Shown in pieces: positions 17,743 to 25,905 of a stretch of 64,000 bases of DNA. Under the pieces are notes generated by a model. The model saw nothing but the letters and a program-made list of their open reading frames with translations, was not told the DNA's origin and did not search any database. Made by a program: the position numbers and the translations under genes. The stretch covers positions 1 through 64,000 of the forward strand of contig JBCCQY010000033.1 of assembly GCA_039208735.1 (NCBI GenBank). The letters run 5' to 3'. This DNA is from Myxococcota bacterium (GTDB lineage Bacteria; Myxococcota_A; UBA796; GCA-2862545). Numbering within the stretch: position 1 is the first letter of the stretch; the number at the start of each line of letters is the position of its first letter.

Positions 17743-19071
17743 ATGGGTCTCTGGGACAGACTGCGGCAGCATGCGGGGGCACAGCTGCTCGAGGTGATCG
17801 ACTGGACTGACGACAGTCGAGACACGCTGGTGTATCGCTACCCCACCTTCAATCAGGCGATCACCGACAAGAGCAAACTCGTGGTCCGCGAGGGTCAGGT
17901 CTGTGTGTTCGTCGCCGAGGGCCAACTCTCCGAGGTCTTTGGCCCTGGAACCTACTCGCTCGACACGAACAACGCGCCCATCATGCGCTTCTTCCAGTCG
18001 ATCGTCTACAAGCTCGAAGAGCCCTACAAGGGCGACATCTACTTCATGAACACCCGCCAGTTCATGGACAATGGCTGGGGCACCTCGTCGCCGATCATGC
18101 TCCGCGACGCCGAGTTTGGCCCTGTGCGCCTCCGCGGCCATGGCATCTTCAGCTACCGCATCACCGAGCCCGCGACCTTCCTCCGCCAGGTCGTCGGCAC
18201 CGATGGGCTGTTCACCACCGACGAAATCAACGGACAGCTCAAGCGCAAGCTACAGGGCTCGTTGGCCCAGGTGATCGGCCAGTCCCAGATTGCGATCCTC
18301 GACCTCGCGGCCAACTATCAAAACCTCGGTGACCAGCTCCGCGACAACATGAATCCGAGCTTTGTGGAGTCGTACGGCATCACCTTGACCGACTTCACGA
18401 TCCAGAACATCAGCCTGCCCGCGGAGGTTGAAAAGGCGCTCGATAGCCGCTCGAAGATGGGCATCCTGGGCGACATGGGCACCTACACCCAGATGAAGGC
18501 AGCCGACGCCATCGAAACCGCGGCCGCGAACCCCGGTGTGGGGGGCATCGGGGCTAGCATGGGCGTGGGCTTTGGCCTGGGCAACCAGATCGGTCAGAAC
18601 ATGGCCCAAGCGCAGGGCGGTACCATGGGCGGCGCGCCGGCCGCTCCGCCGCAGGCGCCTCCGCCTCCCGCTCCGGTGGCCGAATTCCACTACGCCGGGG
18701 CCAGCGGGCAAAGCGGCCCGCACCCCATCGACGAGATCGTCCGTCGCGTGGTCGCCGAACCCAACGGGCGCCACATGGTCTGGCAATCGGGGTTCCCGTC
18801 TTGGAAGTCCGCTCAGGAAGTCCCGGAGATTGCAGCGCAGCTTCCCGCAGTGCCGCCTCCCGCCCCGGGCAGCGCCGTGTACCACTACGCAGGCCCTTCC
18901 GGTCAATCGGAGAAGACGGTGGCCGAAATCGCGGCCGAGATCCGCAGCGCACCAGACGGCAAGCATCACGTCTGGCAGAAAGGCTGGGCGATGTGGAAGC
19001 CCGCGATGGACGTCGAAGAGATCCGCGAAGAGGTCGAAGGCGACGGACCACCGCCGCCTCCGCCAATCTAG
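17743..19071 (+). CDS. SPFH/band-7 (YdjI-like) protein with two C-terminal GYF_2 (DUF4339)-like domains
   Basis: Motifs LEVIDWTDD, LVVREGQ, FGPGTYSLDT, WGT..PIMLRDAEFGPVRLRGHG and ISLPAEVEKALD. Two modules of the form HY.G..GQ...HxVWQxGxxxWKxA follow Pro-rich linkers. Confidence 0.88.
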   Translation: MGLWDRLRQHAGAQLLEVIDWTDDSRDTLVYRYPTFNQAITDKSKLVVREGQVCVFVAEGQLSEVFGPGTYSLDTNNAPIMRFFQSIVYKLEEPYKGDIYFMNTRQFMDNGWGTSSPIMLRDAEFGPVRLRGHGIFSYRITEPATFLRQVVGTDGLFTTDEINGQLKRKLQGSLAQVIGQSQIAILDLAANYQNLGDQLRDNMNPSFVESYGITLTDFTIQNISLPAEVEKALDSRSKMGILGDMGTYTQMKAADAIETAAANPGVGGIGASMGVGFGLGNQIGQNMAQAQGGTMGGAPAAPPQAPPPPAPVAEFHYAGASGQSGPHPIDEIVRRVVAEPNGRHMVWQSGFPSWKSAQEVPEIAAQLPAVPPPAPGSAVYHYAGPSGQSEKTVAEIAAEIRSAPDGKHHVWQKGWAMWKPAMDVEEIREEVEGDGPPPPPPI

Positions 19072-19074
19072 GGC

Positions 19075-19569
19075 TTATTCGCGGCGGCGAGGGTTCCCGA
19101 GCCATGCGCTGATTTGAAGGGCCCCACCTACGATGAGGGGCCCATCATCGCCAATGCCGGGCAGCACGTCCGGCTCGCCCACCCCGACGCCCAGCGCCGG
19201 CACCACATAGATGCCGAAGCCTCCGTCGGCCGAGGGGATCTCCATGCCGACCCGAGCTTCCCCCAGCACCACAAGCGTTCCGGGCTCCGCGACGATGTCC
19301 ACGCTGACCCCGGGCTGAACGACCGCTTCGAAGCGACTCCGCCCGATCGTCCGACGCCCCGCGTCGAAATAGAGGTTCGCGCCAAAGTACACCTGATCGT
19401 TGGTCAGCCCATCGAGGAACTCGAGGGCGTGAATCTGCAGCACGATCGGGTCTGCGTGTACGTCAAAGCTTGGGTAAAACGCGCCCGGCCCGCCTCGCGG
19501 GGTAATGCCCACGGAACTGCCGAAGCCGGCGGCCTGCGCGCTCGCCAACACCCAACCTAAAATCCACAT
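19075..19569 (-). CDS. Hypothetical secreted or outer-membrane beta-rich protein
   Basis: Signal peptide MWILGWVLASAQA after SD GGAG, followed by alternating amphipathic beta strands. Confidence 0.6.
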   Translation of the reverse strand: MWILGWVLASAQAAGFGSSVGITPRGGPGAFYPSFDVHADPIVLQIHALEFLDGLTNDQVYFGANLYFDAGRRTIGRSRFEAVVQPGVSVDIVAEPGTLVVLGEARVGMEIPSADGGFGIYVVPALGVGVGEPDVLPGIGDDGPLIVGGALQISAWLGNPRRRE

Positions 19570-19635
19570 GTGCTCTCCATGGTTTGGCCCCCAACGGAGC
19601 CGAAGCGTAGCGTACAAGAATGGCCAAGGAGGAAC

Positions 19636-20328
19636 GTGGACCCCCAACATCCCGTCGCATCGGTGGCCCCCCCTCGTTCCGAGGATGAACTGTTGGTCCG
19701 AGCGCGCGGGCTCGCGGGGCATGCCTTGGCCACAATTGCTAAACGCCATGCCATGCCGGTTCCGGCCACACTGCATCGCGCCAAAGGTTGGACGGGCATC
19801 TTGATCGAACGGGCGCTTGGCGCCACGGCCACCAGCCGCGCCATGCCGGACTTTCCTCATCTGGGGGTGGAACTCAAGACCATTCCCGTCGATACCCGCG
19901 GTCGACCCAGGCAATCGACCTACGTGTGCACGGCTCCTCTTTCCACCGCCGACCTGGGCGACTGGTCTGACAGTTGGGTCCGCGAAAAGCTGTCTCGCGT
20001 GCTGTGGGTGCCCATCGTGGGGGATGGCGATCCGGGGGCCCGCCGGGTGGGGACGGCCTTTGTGTGGAGCCCCAACGAAGAAGAGCACGCAGTATTGAAG
20101 GCCGACTGGGAAGAGTTCACCGCGCTCGTGGCGCTCGGTGACCTGGCCCGCATCGACGGGCGCCTTGGCAAGGCCCTTCAGGTCCGTCCCAAGGCCGCCG
20201 ACAGCTCCGCGCGCACCTGGGCGCTCGACGAGCGTGCGGCCTGGGTCCGCGACCACCCTCGCGGTTTCTACCTCCGACCTTCGTTTACGGGGGGCCTGCT
20301 CGCAAGGGAGTTGCTGTTACCAAAGTGA
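19636..20328 (+). CDS. mutH: DNA mismatch repair endonuclease MutH (MutH/Sau3AI family)
   Basis: Motifs PPRSEDELL, KGWTGILIERALGA, PDFPHLGVELKTIP (PD-ExK), KLSRVLWVP, LKADWEE, LQVRPKAA and PRGFYLR. Confidence 0.9.
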   Translation: MDPQHPVASVAPPRSEDELLVRARGLAGHALATIAKRHAMPVPATLHRAKGWTGILIERALGATATSRAMPDFPHLGVELKTIPVDTRGRPRQSTYVCTAPLSTADLGDWSDSWVREKLSRVLWVPIVGDGDPGARRVGTAFVWSPNEEEHAVLKADWEEFTALVALGDLARIDGRLGKALQVRPKAADSSARTWALDERAAWVRDHPRGFYLRPSFTGGLLARELLLPK

Positions 20329-20361
20329 TCGCGATGTCCTGCGAGCATGGAAGGGGCGTTC

Positions 20362-20718
20362 ATGGAGTCGAGCGAGCTGTACGAATTGGTTGTAGAGGCT
20401 GTCCACCAGGCCCTGCGCGATGAAGCAGGGGGCGGAGACGCCGCCCTGTCGCGAAGGCTGATGACGGGCCACGTGATCTTCCGCGATCGCGAGGGCCGAA
20501 CGGTCAAGGAAATCGACGTTCACACCTTATTTCGCAAAATCACGTCGGTTCGTGAGAAGCTGCGCGTACTCGAACAGAAGATCAACAATCACGAAAAGTT
20601 GGATGATGCTGAGAAGGCCGAACTGCAGGCGTATTTGACGCGCAGCTACGGCTCACTCACCACCTTCAACTTCCTGTTTCGCGACGAAGACGACCGCTTC
20701 AAGGGCTCGGGGAGCTGA
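20362..20718 (+). CDS. Conserved-looking hypothetical protein
   Basis: Helical 118-aa protein with FRKITSVREKLRVLEQKIN and YLTRSYGSLTTFNFLF. Strong coding-like GC3 bias. Confidence 0.75.
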   Translation: MESSELYELVVEAVHQALRDEAGGGDAALSRRLMTGHVIFRDREGRTVKEIDVHTLFRKITSVREKLRVLEQKINNHEKLDDAEKAELQAYLTRSYGSLTTFNFLFRDEDDRFKGSGS

Positions 20719-21665
20719 CGAGCGGCGAGGGCGCGTTCGATGGCCTCCGGGCCTCGCGCCGCGTCTTCAGCGAGCCGTCGGCGCCATGCTTTGGCGCCGG
20801 GCTGCCCTGCAAAGAGCGGCGCCAAGTGCCGGGTCACGTGGTGCGGCTTGACGTAGGGGTCTGCGAGCGCTCGGTCGAGGTAGCCCATCATGGCGCGCGC
20901 CACGGCCTCTCGCGTCACCACGGGAGCGGGGGAGCCGAACAGCCGTTGGTCGGCGGTCGCAAACCCGTAGGGGTCATCCCGGGCGCCACGTCCGATCATC
21001 ACGGCGTCGACGTGGTCCAGATGGTCCTGGGCCGCTTCAGGCGAAACGATGCCCCCGTTGATCTCGATGACGAGATCGGGGCGTTCAGCCTTCAGTCGAT
21101 ACACGAGATCGTACTGTAGAGGCGGCACATTGCGGTTCTGTTTCGGCGAGAGGCCCTTGGTCCACGCTTTGCGAGCGTGAACGGTGAACCGATCTGCACC
21201 CGCGAGTGCCACCCGGTCCACAAACCCCTTCATGTGGTCGTACTGATCGAGTTCATCGAGCCCAATCCGATGTTTGACGGTCACGGGCACCGAGACCTGC
21301 GCCTTCATGGCCTCGACGACTCGGGCCACGCGGTCGGGGTCGCGCATCAGCACCACCCCAAACCGACCTGCTTGGACCCTTGAACTCGGGCACCCCACAT
21401 TGAGGTTGACCTCGTCGAATCCGCGGTCCTCCGCCATCACCGCACAATCTGCAAGCATTTTAGGGTCGTCGCCCCCCAGCTGCAGTGCGATGGGATGCTC
21501 ACACGGGTCGTACGCGAGGAACCGATCCCGGTCCCCGTGCACGAGCGCCTGACCGACCACCATCTCGGTGTAGAGCAAGGTGTGACGGGTCAGCTGGCGA
21601 ATCAGGTAGCGAAAATGGCGGTCGGTGACGTCCATCATGGGCGCCACCGACAGGGCAGGCATCAT
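20646..21665 (-). CDS. dusA: tRNA-dihydrouridine(20/20a) synthase DusA
   Basis: Motifs SVAPMMDVTDRHFR, LYTEM, ALQLGG, NLNVGCPS, VTVKHRIG, VHARKAW, NRNVPPL, INGG and VMIGR. Confidence 0.95.
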   Translation of the reverse strand: MMPALSVAPMMDVTDRHFRYLIRQLTRHTLLYTEMVVGQALVHGDRDRFLAYDPCEHPIALQLGGDDPKMLADCAVMAEDRGFDEVNLNVGCPSSRVQAGRFGVVLMRDPDRVARVVEAMKAQVSVPVTVKHRIGLDELDQYDHMKGFVDRVALAGADRFTVHARKAWTKGLSPKQNRNVPPLQYDLVYRLKAERPDLVIEINGGIVSPEAAQDHLDHVDAVMIGRGARDDPYGFATADQRLFGSPAPVVTREAVARAMMGYLDRALADPYVKPHHVTRHLAPLFAGQPGAKAWRRRLAEDAARGPEAIERALAARQLPEPLKRSSSSRNRKLKVVSEP

Positions 21666-21674
21666 GACCGTGGT

Positions 21675-23324
21675 TTAACGATCCCGGCGACGCAGCCCCA
21701 CCAACCCAAGAGCGAGCAGCAACGCCGCCGCGGGAGCCGTTCCCCCGCCATTCGCCTGACAGCCGCCGCAGCCCGAAAGCAGCCCACGAATCGAAGAGTT
21801 GTGCTGATTCGTGAGGTCGAAGAGGTCGGAGGTGAAGTCGAAGAGCACTTCGGGCTGCCCGGAGGAGCTGGTGCGCTCGATGACCTGGGCCTTCGTCGCG
21901 CCCAGTTCCTCGATCATTTCGAGTTCGGTGGTCTCATTGTCGGCGATCCACTGTTCACTCGGCAAGAAGATGACCCGGCCATCGGACAGCTCAAGGCGAC
22001 GCTCGGCCTTGTCTCGCCGCTTTCCGCCGCGGCACTCGTAGACGAGATCCGCGTTGTGGACGTTGGAAACGAAGTTGGACTCGTCGTCCATGTCCGCGTT
22101 CTGCGTGAACACGGGGTCGACGGTCATCTCGTTCGCCGAAAGCGAGGAGGTCATGCGCGTGAGGCGACGACCCTCGAAGAGGTCCTGCGAGTCACGCAAG
22201 GGCTCGACGACGGCTTCCATGAAGTACGCGGTTGCACCTTCGCGATCGAAGTCGGGGCCGGAGTCCCAACCCTCGAAGCAGTCCGGGCAACCAACAAAGT
22301 CGATCGGGTCGATGGCATCGGGCAGGTCGATGGCCGTCGCAATCGCATTGGCCATTTCGTTGTTGACCTGCACGCCCGTCTGAAAGGCGGCCGTGAACAC
22401 CCATTCGAGCCCACTCGGGCTGGCCAACAACTCGCTTTCGATGATCGGGTTGACCTCGTAGCCCGCGGTGGGAGCGCCGAAGTAGTCGGTGGCAAACGCC
22501 TGACCACCCGCTTCATCGGCGGCCTGGGTGATGACGTCGGGGTAGTTCTGGCCGAAGTTCCACCAGTCGATGGCCGCTTCGTTGATCCTGACGTGCAGGT
22601 AGGTCCGCGGAACGACGCGACGCTCCGCAAACACGTAGACCTCAAGTCGAAGATCGTCGGCCGTTGCGATCGAGGTGAGCTGGATCGGAATGCTCGCCTC
22701 GTCGCCTTCGTAGCGCATGCCCAACGGAGCAATGTCGCCCACGTCGCGGTCCTTCCGGAGCTTCAACGCCACGAAGTAGGCTTCATCGGCGATGTAGGGG
22801 TCCAGGACCGGCTGCAAGTCGTCGGGCAGGTCGTAGCTATTTTCCTGCAGGAACTGCAGCAGCGCCTCGGACGACTGGGCGAGCAACGTGACCGTCTCGA
22901 ATGGCCCGACCTGGCCCTGGTCAACGACCTTGACCCCGCCGTTTCCGGGAGACGCAGGAGGCGCGCTCGACGAGGCGTCTTCGGCCGAGTCCAGCGCGAC
23001 GCCACGGTTCCTGCCAAAGGTGCACTCGCCCTCTTCGATGATGTTGAGGTTGAAGAGCGGTGCGGTCTGCGTGACCAGCGTGTCGAAGAGCGTCTGCGTC
23101 GACAAGAACAGCTCGGGCTGTTTGGCGACCGGCACGACCCACGCAAATTGTTCGGAAGGGCCTTCGTAGCTGATCTGCACGTGCGTTTCGACCGTCTTCG
23201 TCTCTTCATCGATGTCGAACACGATGCGTTCGGCATTCTGGATGACTGGCTGGGCCACGTTGCAGAAGAGACCGCCGCACCCGAAGGCCGGCGTTCCTAA
23301 CGTCGCGAGAAGGGTCCACATCAT
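21675..23324 (-). CDS. DUF2330 domain surface protein with MYXO-CTERM-type sorting signal
   Basis: CGGLFC after the signal peptide, then QNAERIVF, FAWVVPV, FVALKL and IPIQLT. C-terminus GCGGC...AAALLLALGLVGLRRRDR. Confidence 0.88.
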   Translation of the reverse strand: MMWTLLATLGTPAFGCGGLFCNVAQPVIQNAERIVFDIDEETKTVETHVQISYEGPSEQFAWVVPVAKQPELFLSTQTLFDTLVTQTAPLFNLNIIEEGECTFGRNRGVALDSAEDASSSAPPASPGNGGVKVVDQGQVGPFETVTLLAQSSEALLQFLQENSYDLPDDLQPVLDPYIADEAYFVALKLRKDRDVGDIAPLGMRYEGDEASIPIQLTSIATADDLRLEVYVFAERRVVPRTYLHVRINEAAIDWWNFGQNYPDVITQAADEAGGQAFATDYFGAPTAGYEVNPIIESELLASPSGLEWVFTAAFQTGVQVNNEMANAIATAIDLPDAIDPIDFVGCPDCFEGWDSGPDFDREGATAYFMEAVVEPLRDSQDLFEGRRLTRMTSSLSANEMTVDPVFTQNADMDDESNFVSNVHNADLVYECRGGKRRDKAERRLELSDGRVIFLPSEQWIADNETTELEMIEELGATKAQVIERTSSSGQPEVLFDFTSDLFDLTNQHNSSIRGLLSGCGGCQANGGGTAPAAALLLALGLVGLRRRDR

Positions 23325-23389
23325 GTCGCTCGTCCTCCGCGGAGACACCGCCCCCTGGACGGTTCAAATACCCGGTGTCTCTGCCGATC

Positions 23390-23405
23390 AGCAAGAACTG
23401 TTCCA
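23390..23405 (-). promoter_or_regulatory. Putative sigma-54 (-24/-12) promoter of the DUF2330 gene
   Basis: The minus strand reads TGGAACAGTTCTTGCT, i.e. GG-N10-GC and close to the TGGCAC-N5-TTGCW consensus, about 65 nt upstream of the start codon. Confidence 0.6.
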
Positions 23406-23475
23406 GACCGAGAATCACCCTCCTCACCGGATCGCCTACAAACGCCAAACGTGAAGCACGACATGGCTGACGCAG

Positions 23476-24015
23476 TCAGAGGCTCACGGCACCCATTTCT
23501 GCCATGGCGGCTTCGAACTCTTCTCTCGACACATCTAGCGCCTGAAGGCGCACCAGCAGCTGCTTGGCGTTGGCATAGCCAAGCGAGAGCCGCGCGCCGA
23601 GTTCTCGCCGACGGGCCTTGGCATGGGGATGTCCGGTGAGCGCATGGGCGAAGAGGTCGGCCATTGTGAATCGGACCTGGGAGGTGGGTCGGCGGACGTG
23701 AGCAAGAGCCTCACGGATCACCTGTGGGCTGGCATATTCAACGCCCAATCTTCCACTTCCGCGACACGCTTCCCGGGTGAGCCGGGCGTGCGCACAGGGG
23801 CCCACCAGCGCCTCGATGCGCCGACGGATCTGTTCGCCTGCGTGGTCTGGATCGGTGAACAGGATGAGGCCACGGGTCGCATAGGCCCGCTTGAGCTGGG
23901 CTTCAACGTCGGCACCAAAGCCAAAGCCGCCGGTACACAGAACATCCACCTCGACGGCCCGCAGCACCGCGGCGCGGTCGTGAATGCCTTCGACGACGAC
24001 GACCGCCTCGCTCAC
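23476..24015 (-). CDS. rnmV: Ribonuclease M5 (Toprim plus C-terminal RNA-binding domain)
   Basis: Motifs VVVEGIHD, RGLILFTDPDHAGEQIRRRI, GVEYAS..IREAL and RRRELGARLSLGYANAKQLL. Confidence 0.88.
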   Translation of the reverse strand: MSEAVVVVEGIHDRAAVLRAVEVDVLCTGGFGFGADVEAQLKRAYATRGLILFTDPDHAGEQIRRRIEALVGPCAHARLTREACRGSGRLGVEYASPQVIREALAHVRRPTSQVRFTMADLFAHALTGHPHAKARRRELGARLSLGYANAKQLLVRLQALDVSREEFEAAMAEMGAVSL

Positions 24016-24470
24016 TCGGGCAACACCCGGAACACCACTTCGGCGAACACCGCAGGCTTGTCCTCTCCTTCGACTTCAATGGCCGCGCCCATGATCATCT
24101 CGATCCAGTCCTTGACTGGACGAAAGCTCTGAAGTTCGAGGGTTAGCCGATAGCGTGCGTTCTCCTTCATGGGGTTTGGAAAGCGGACTTTGTTGCAACC
24201 GTAGTTGATGATCATCTTGAAGCCGTCGAGTTCGAGCACCTCACTGAAGAGGCCCGCCACCAACGACAATGTCAGGTACCCGTGAGCGATGGGGGCCCCA
24301 AAGGGTCCATTCTCGGCTTTCTCACGATCGACGTGGATCCATTGATGGTCCCCTGTCGCTTCGGCAAACGCGACGATCTGAGAGAAAGGCATTTCGCGGT
24401 ACTCGGAACTGCCGAGGACCTTTCCAACGTGGGCCTCGATGTCGGCCACAGAGCTAAATCGAGTCGGCAT
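24012..24470 (-). CDS. MaoC family dehydratase
   Basis: Motifs FAEATGDHQWIHVD, PIAHGYLTLSL and NYGCNKVRF. Confidence 0.92.
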   Translation of the reverse strand: MPTRFSSVADIEAHVGKVLGSSEYREMPFSQIVAFAEATGDHQWIHVDREKAENGPFGAPIAHGYLTLSLVAGLFSEVLELDGFKMIINYGCNKVRFPNPMKENARYRLTLELQSFRPVKDWIEMIMGAAIEVEGEDKPAVFAEVVFRVLPE

Positions 24471-24504
24471 GCGGTCTCCCTGGTCATTACCGGGGCACCT
24501 AACC

Positions 24505-25779
24505 ATGGGCGGGATGAGCGATCCCCCGGTTACCCGAGCCATCGGGAGTCCGACCGTGCGGGTGCTCGAAGCCGATCTCGACCACATCCGGCTGACCGTG
24601 CGCCGGCCGGCACGCGTCAGTGCCACGCTACTGCTGCTTGCGGTCTTGGTGCTGGTGTTGGGTCCCCTGGTGTGGTGGAGCCTCGTGGTGGGGCACCTCA
24701 TGACCCTACGAGAGGCCGCCGAACGTCCGCCGCCCAAGCCGTTGGATTGCACGTGGCCCAACCTGGGCTCGGCATCGCACTGCGCGAATGTGACGCCAGA
24801 ACTTCGAGATCTCCCGTCGCTGTCCCAGGTCTACCTCTCTCGACGTACGTACCACCGGGCCCACCTCTTCCCCACGGCGTTCACGCCGCCCCCACCGGTC
24901 ATCGCCCCCCTCAAGCCACCGTTCGCAAACTTGGTGACCAACGACTACGAACGCAGGCTCATTGCGCAGGTCCTGCGGGACGCGGGGGTGCCGCTCGATG
25001 ACGAGCCCGTCGACGGCCACGCCGCAAGCTGGCTTGGTCGTGACCCCGTGCTCGGGGTGCCGCTCGGGGGACGCCAGCTCGACGACGAAACGACGATGCA
25101 GCGGGTACTCGACTACCAGCCCGACCTGCCCGTGTTCGCCGACTATCGGACGACCTCCCTCGAACAGCTCATCGACCAGGGGTTGCTGCGTCTCGGCGAT
25201 ACGTCTGAAGCGGAGGAAATCCCCACGCGATGGGTCGCGGACCCCGTCGCCATGGCTCACCTCTCGGACCGGGCGGCCAATGACGTTCGCTACTTCGCCG
25301 CCCTCCGGGATCAGGCCGTTGCCGGCGCGGTCGCCCAGCAACACGCAGGGGCGATGGCTCGCTGGAAAGCCCGGCGCGAGGACCTACACGCTGAAATCGC
25401 CGTGTGGCGGGCCCATCGCCGGGCCGGCGTGCCAGGGGTCATCGGAGCCTGGGGCATCGCCGCCCTCCTCGTGTTTCCCCTCACCTGGCAACGGAAGCGA
25501 CGGTTTGAAATCGGCATGGACCTCCATGCGCTGACGCTCGGCGACACCCGAATCCTCTGGGAGTCGCTCGAAGAGCTGATCTGGACGCCTCGCAAGGTGA
25601 CGTTCCGGCTCGAGAGTGGCGCAGAGGGTGAAATCAGCCAACTCGCGCTTTCCAATAGCGATATCCGCATGCTTGAACGCACGAGCGACGCGATGTGGCT
25701 CCAAGACCGCAACGCGCCGTCCGATGCCACCCAACGCGCGATCCGCCAGTTGGTGGAGGGTGCGCGACGTCGTCCCTAA
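24505..25779 (+). CDS. Hypothetical membrane protein with two hydrophobic segments flanking a large loop
   Basis: Long ORF filling the gap, with TM-like segments LLLLAVLVLVLGPLVWW and GAWGIAALLVFPL. Start codon uncertain (24505 or 24514). Confidence 0.65.
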   Translation: MGGMSDPPVTRAIGSPTVRVLEADLDHIRLTVRRPARVSATLLLLAVLVLVLGPLVWWSLVVGHLMTLREAAERPPPKPLDCTWPNLGSASHCANVTPELRDLPSLSQVYLSRRTYHRAHLFPTAFTPPPPVIAPLKPPFANLVTNDYERRLIAQVLRDAGVPLDDEPVDGHAASWLGRDPVLGVPLGGRQLDDETTMQRVLDYQPDLPVFADYRTTSLEQLIDQGLLRLGDTSEAEEIPTRWVADPVAMAHLSDRAANDVRYFAALRDQAVAGAVAQQHAGAMARWKARREDLHAEIAVWRAHRRAGVPGVIGAWGIAALLVFPLTWQRKRRFEIGMDLHALTLGDTRILWESLEELIWTPRKVTFRLESGAEGEISQLALSNSDIRMLERTSDAMWLQDRNAPSDATQRAIRQLVEGARRRP

Positions 25780-25905
25780 ATCGAAGTTTTCCCGCCGCTG
25801 CAACCCCTTCGTCACCCCTATGCTTGACACGAACGCGTGAAGCTGGGACGGTTCATCGCATTTTTCCACAGACCCGCGGAGGTCTTCGGAAGACGAGGAG
25901 GGGCA

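Noticed and set aside
19636..20718. MutH plus neighbour as a restriction-modification or defence island
   Set aside because: No methyltransferase or mobility genes are present, and the protein has single-domain MutH length and motifs.
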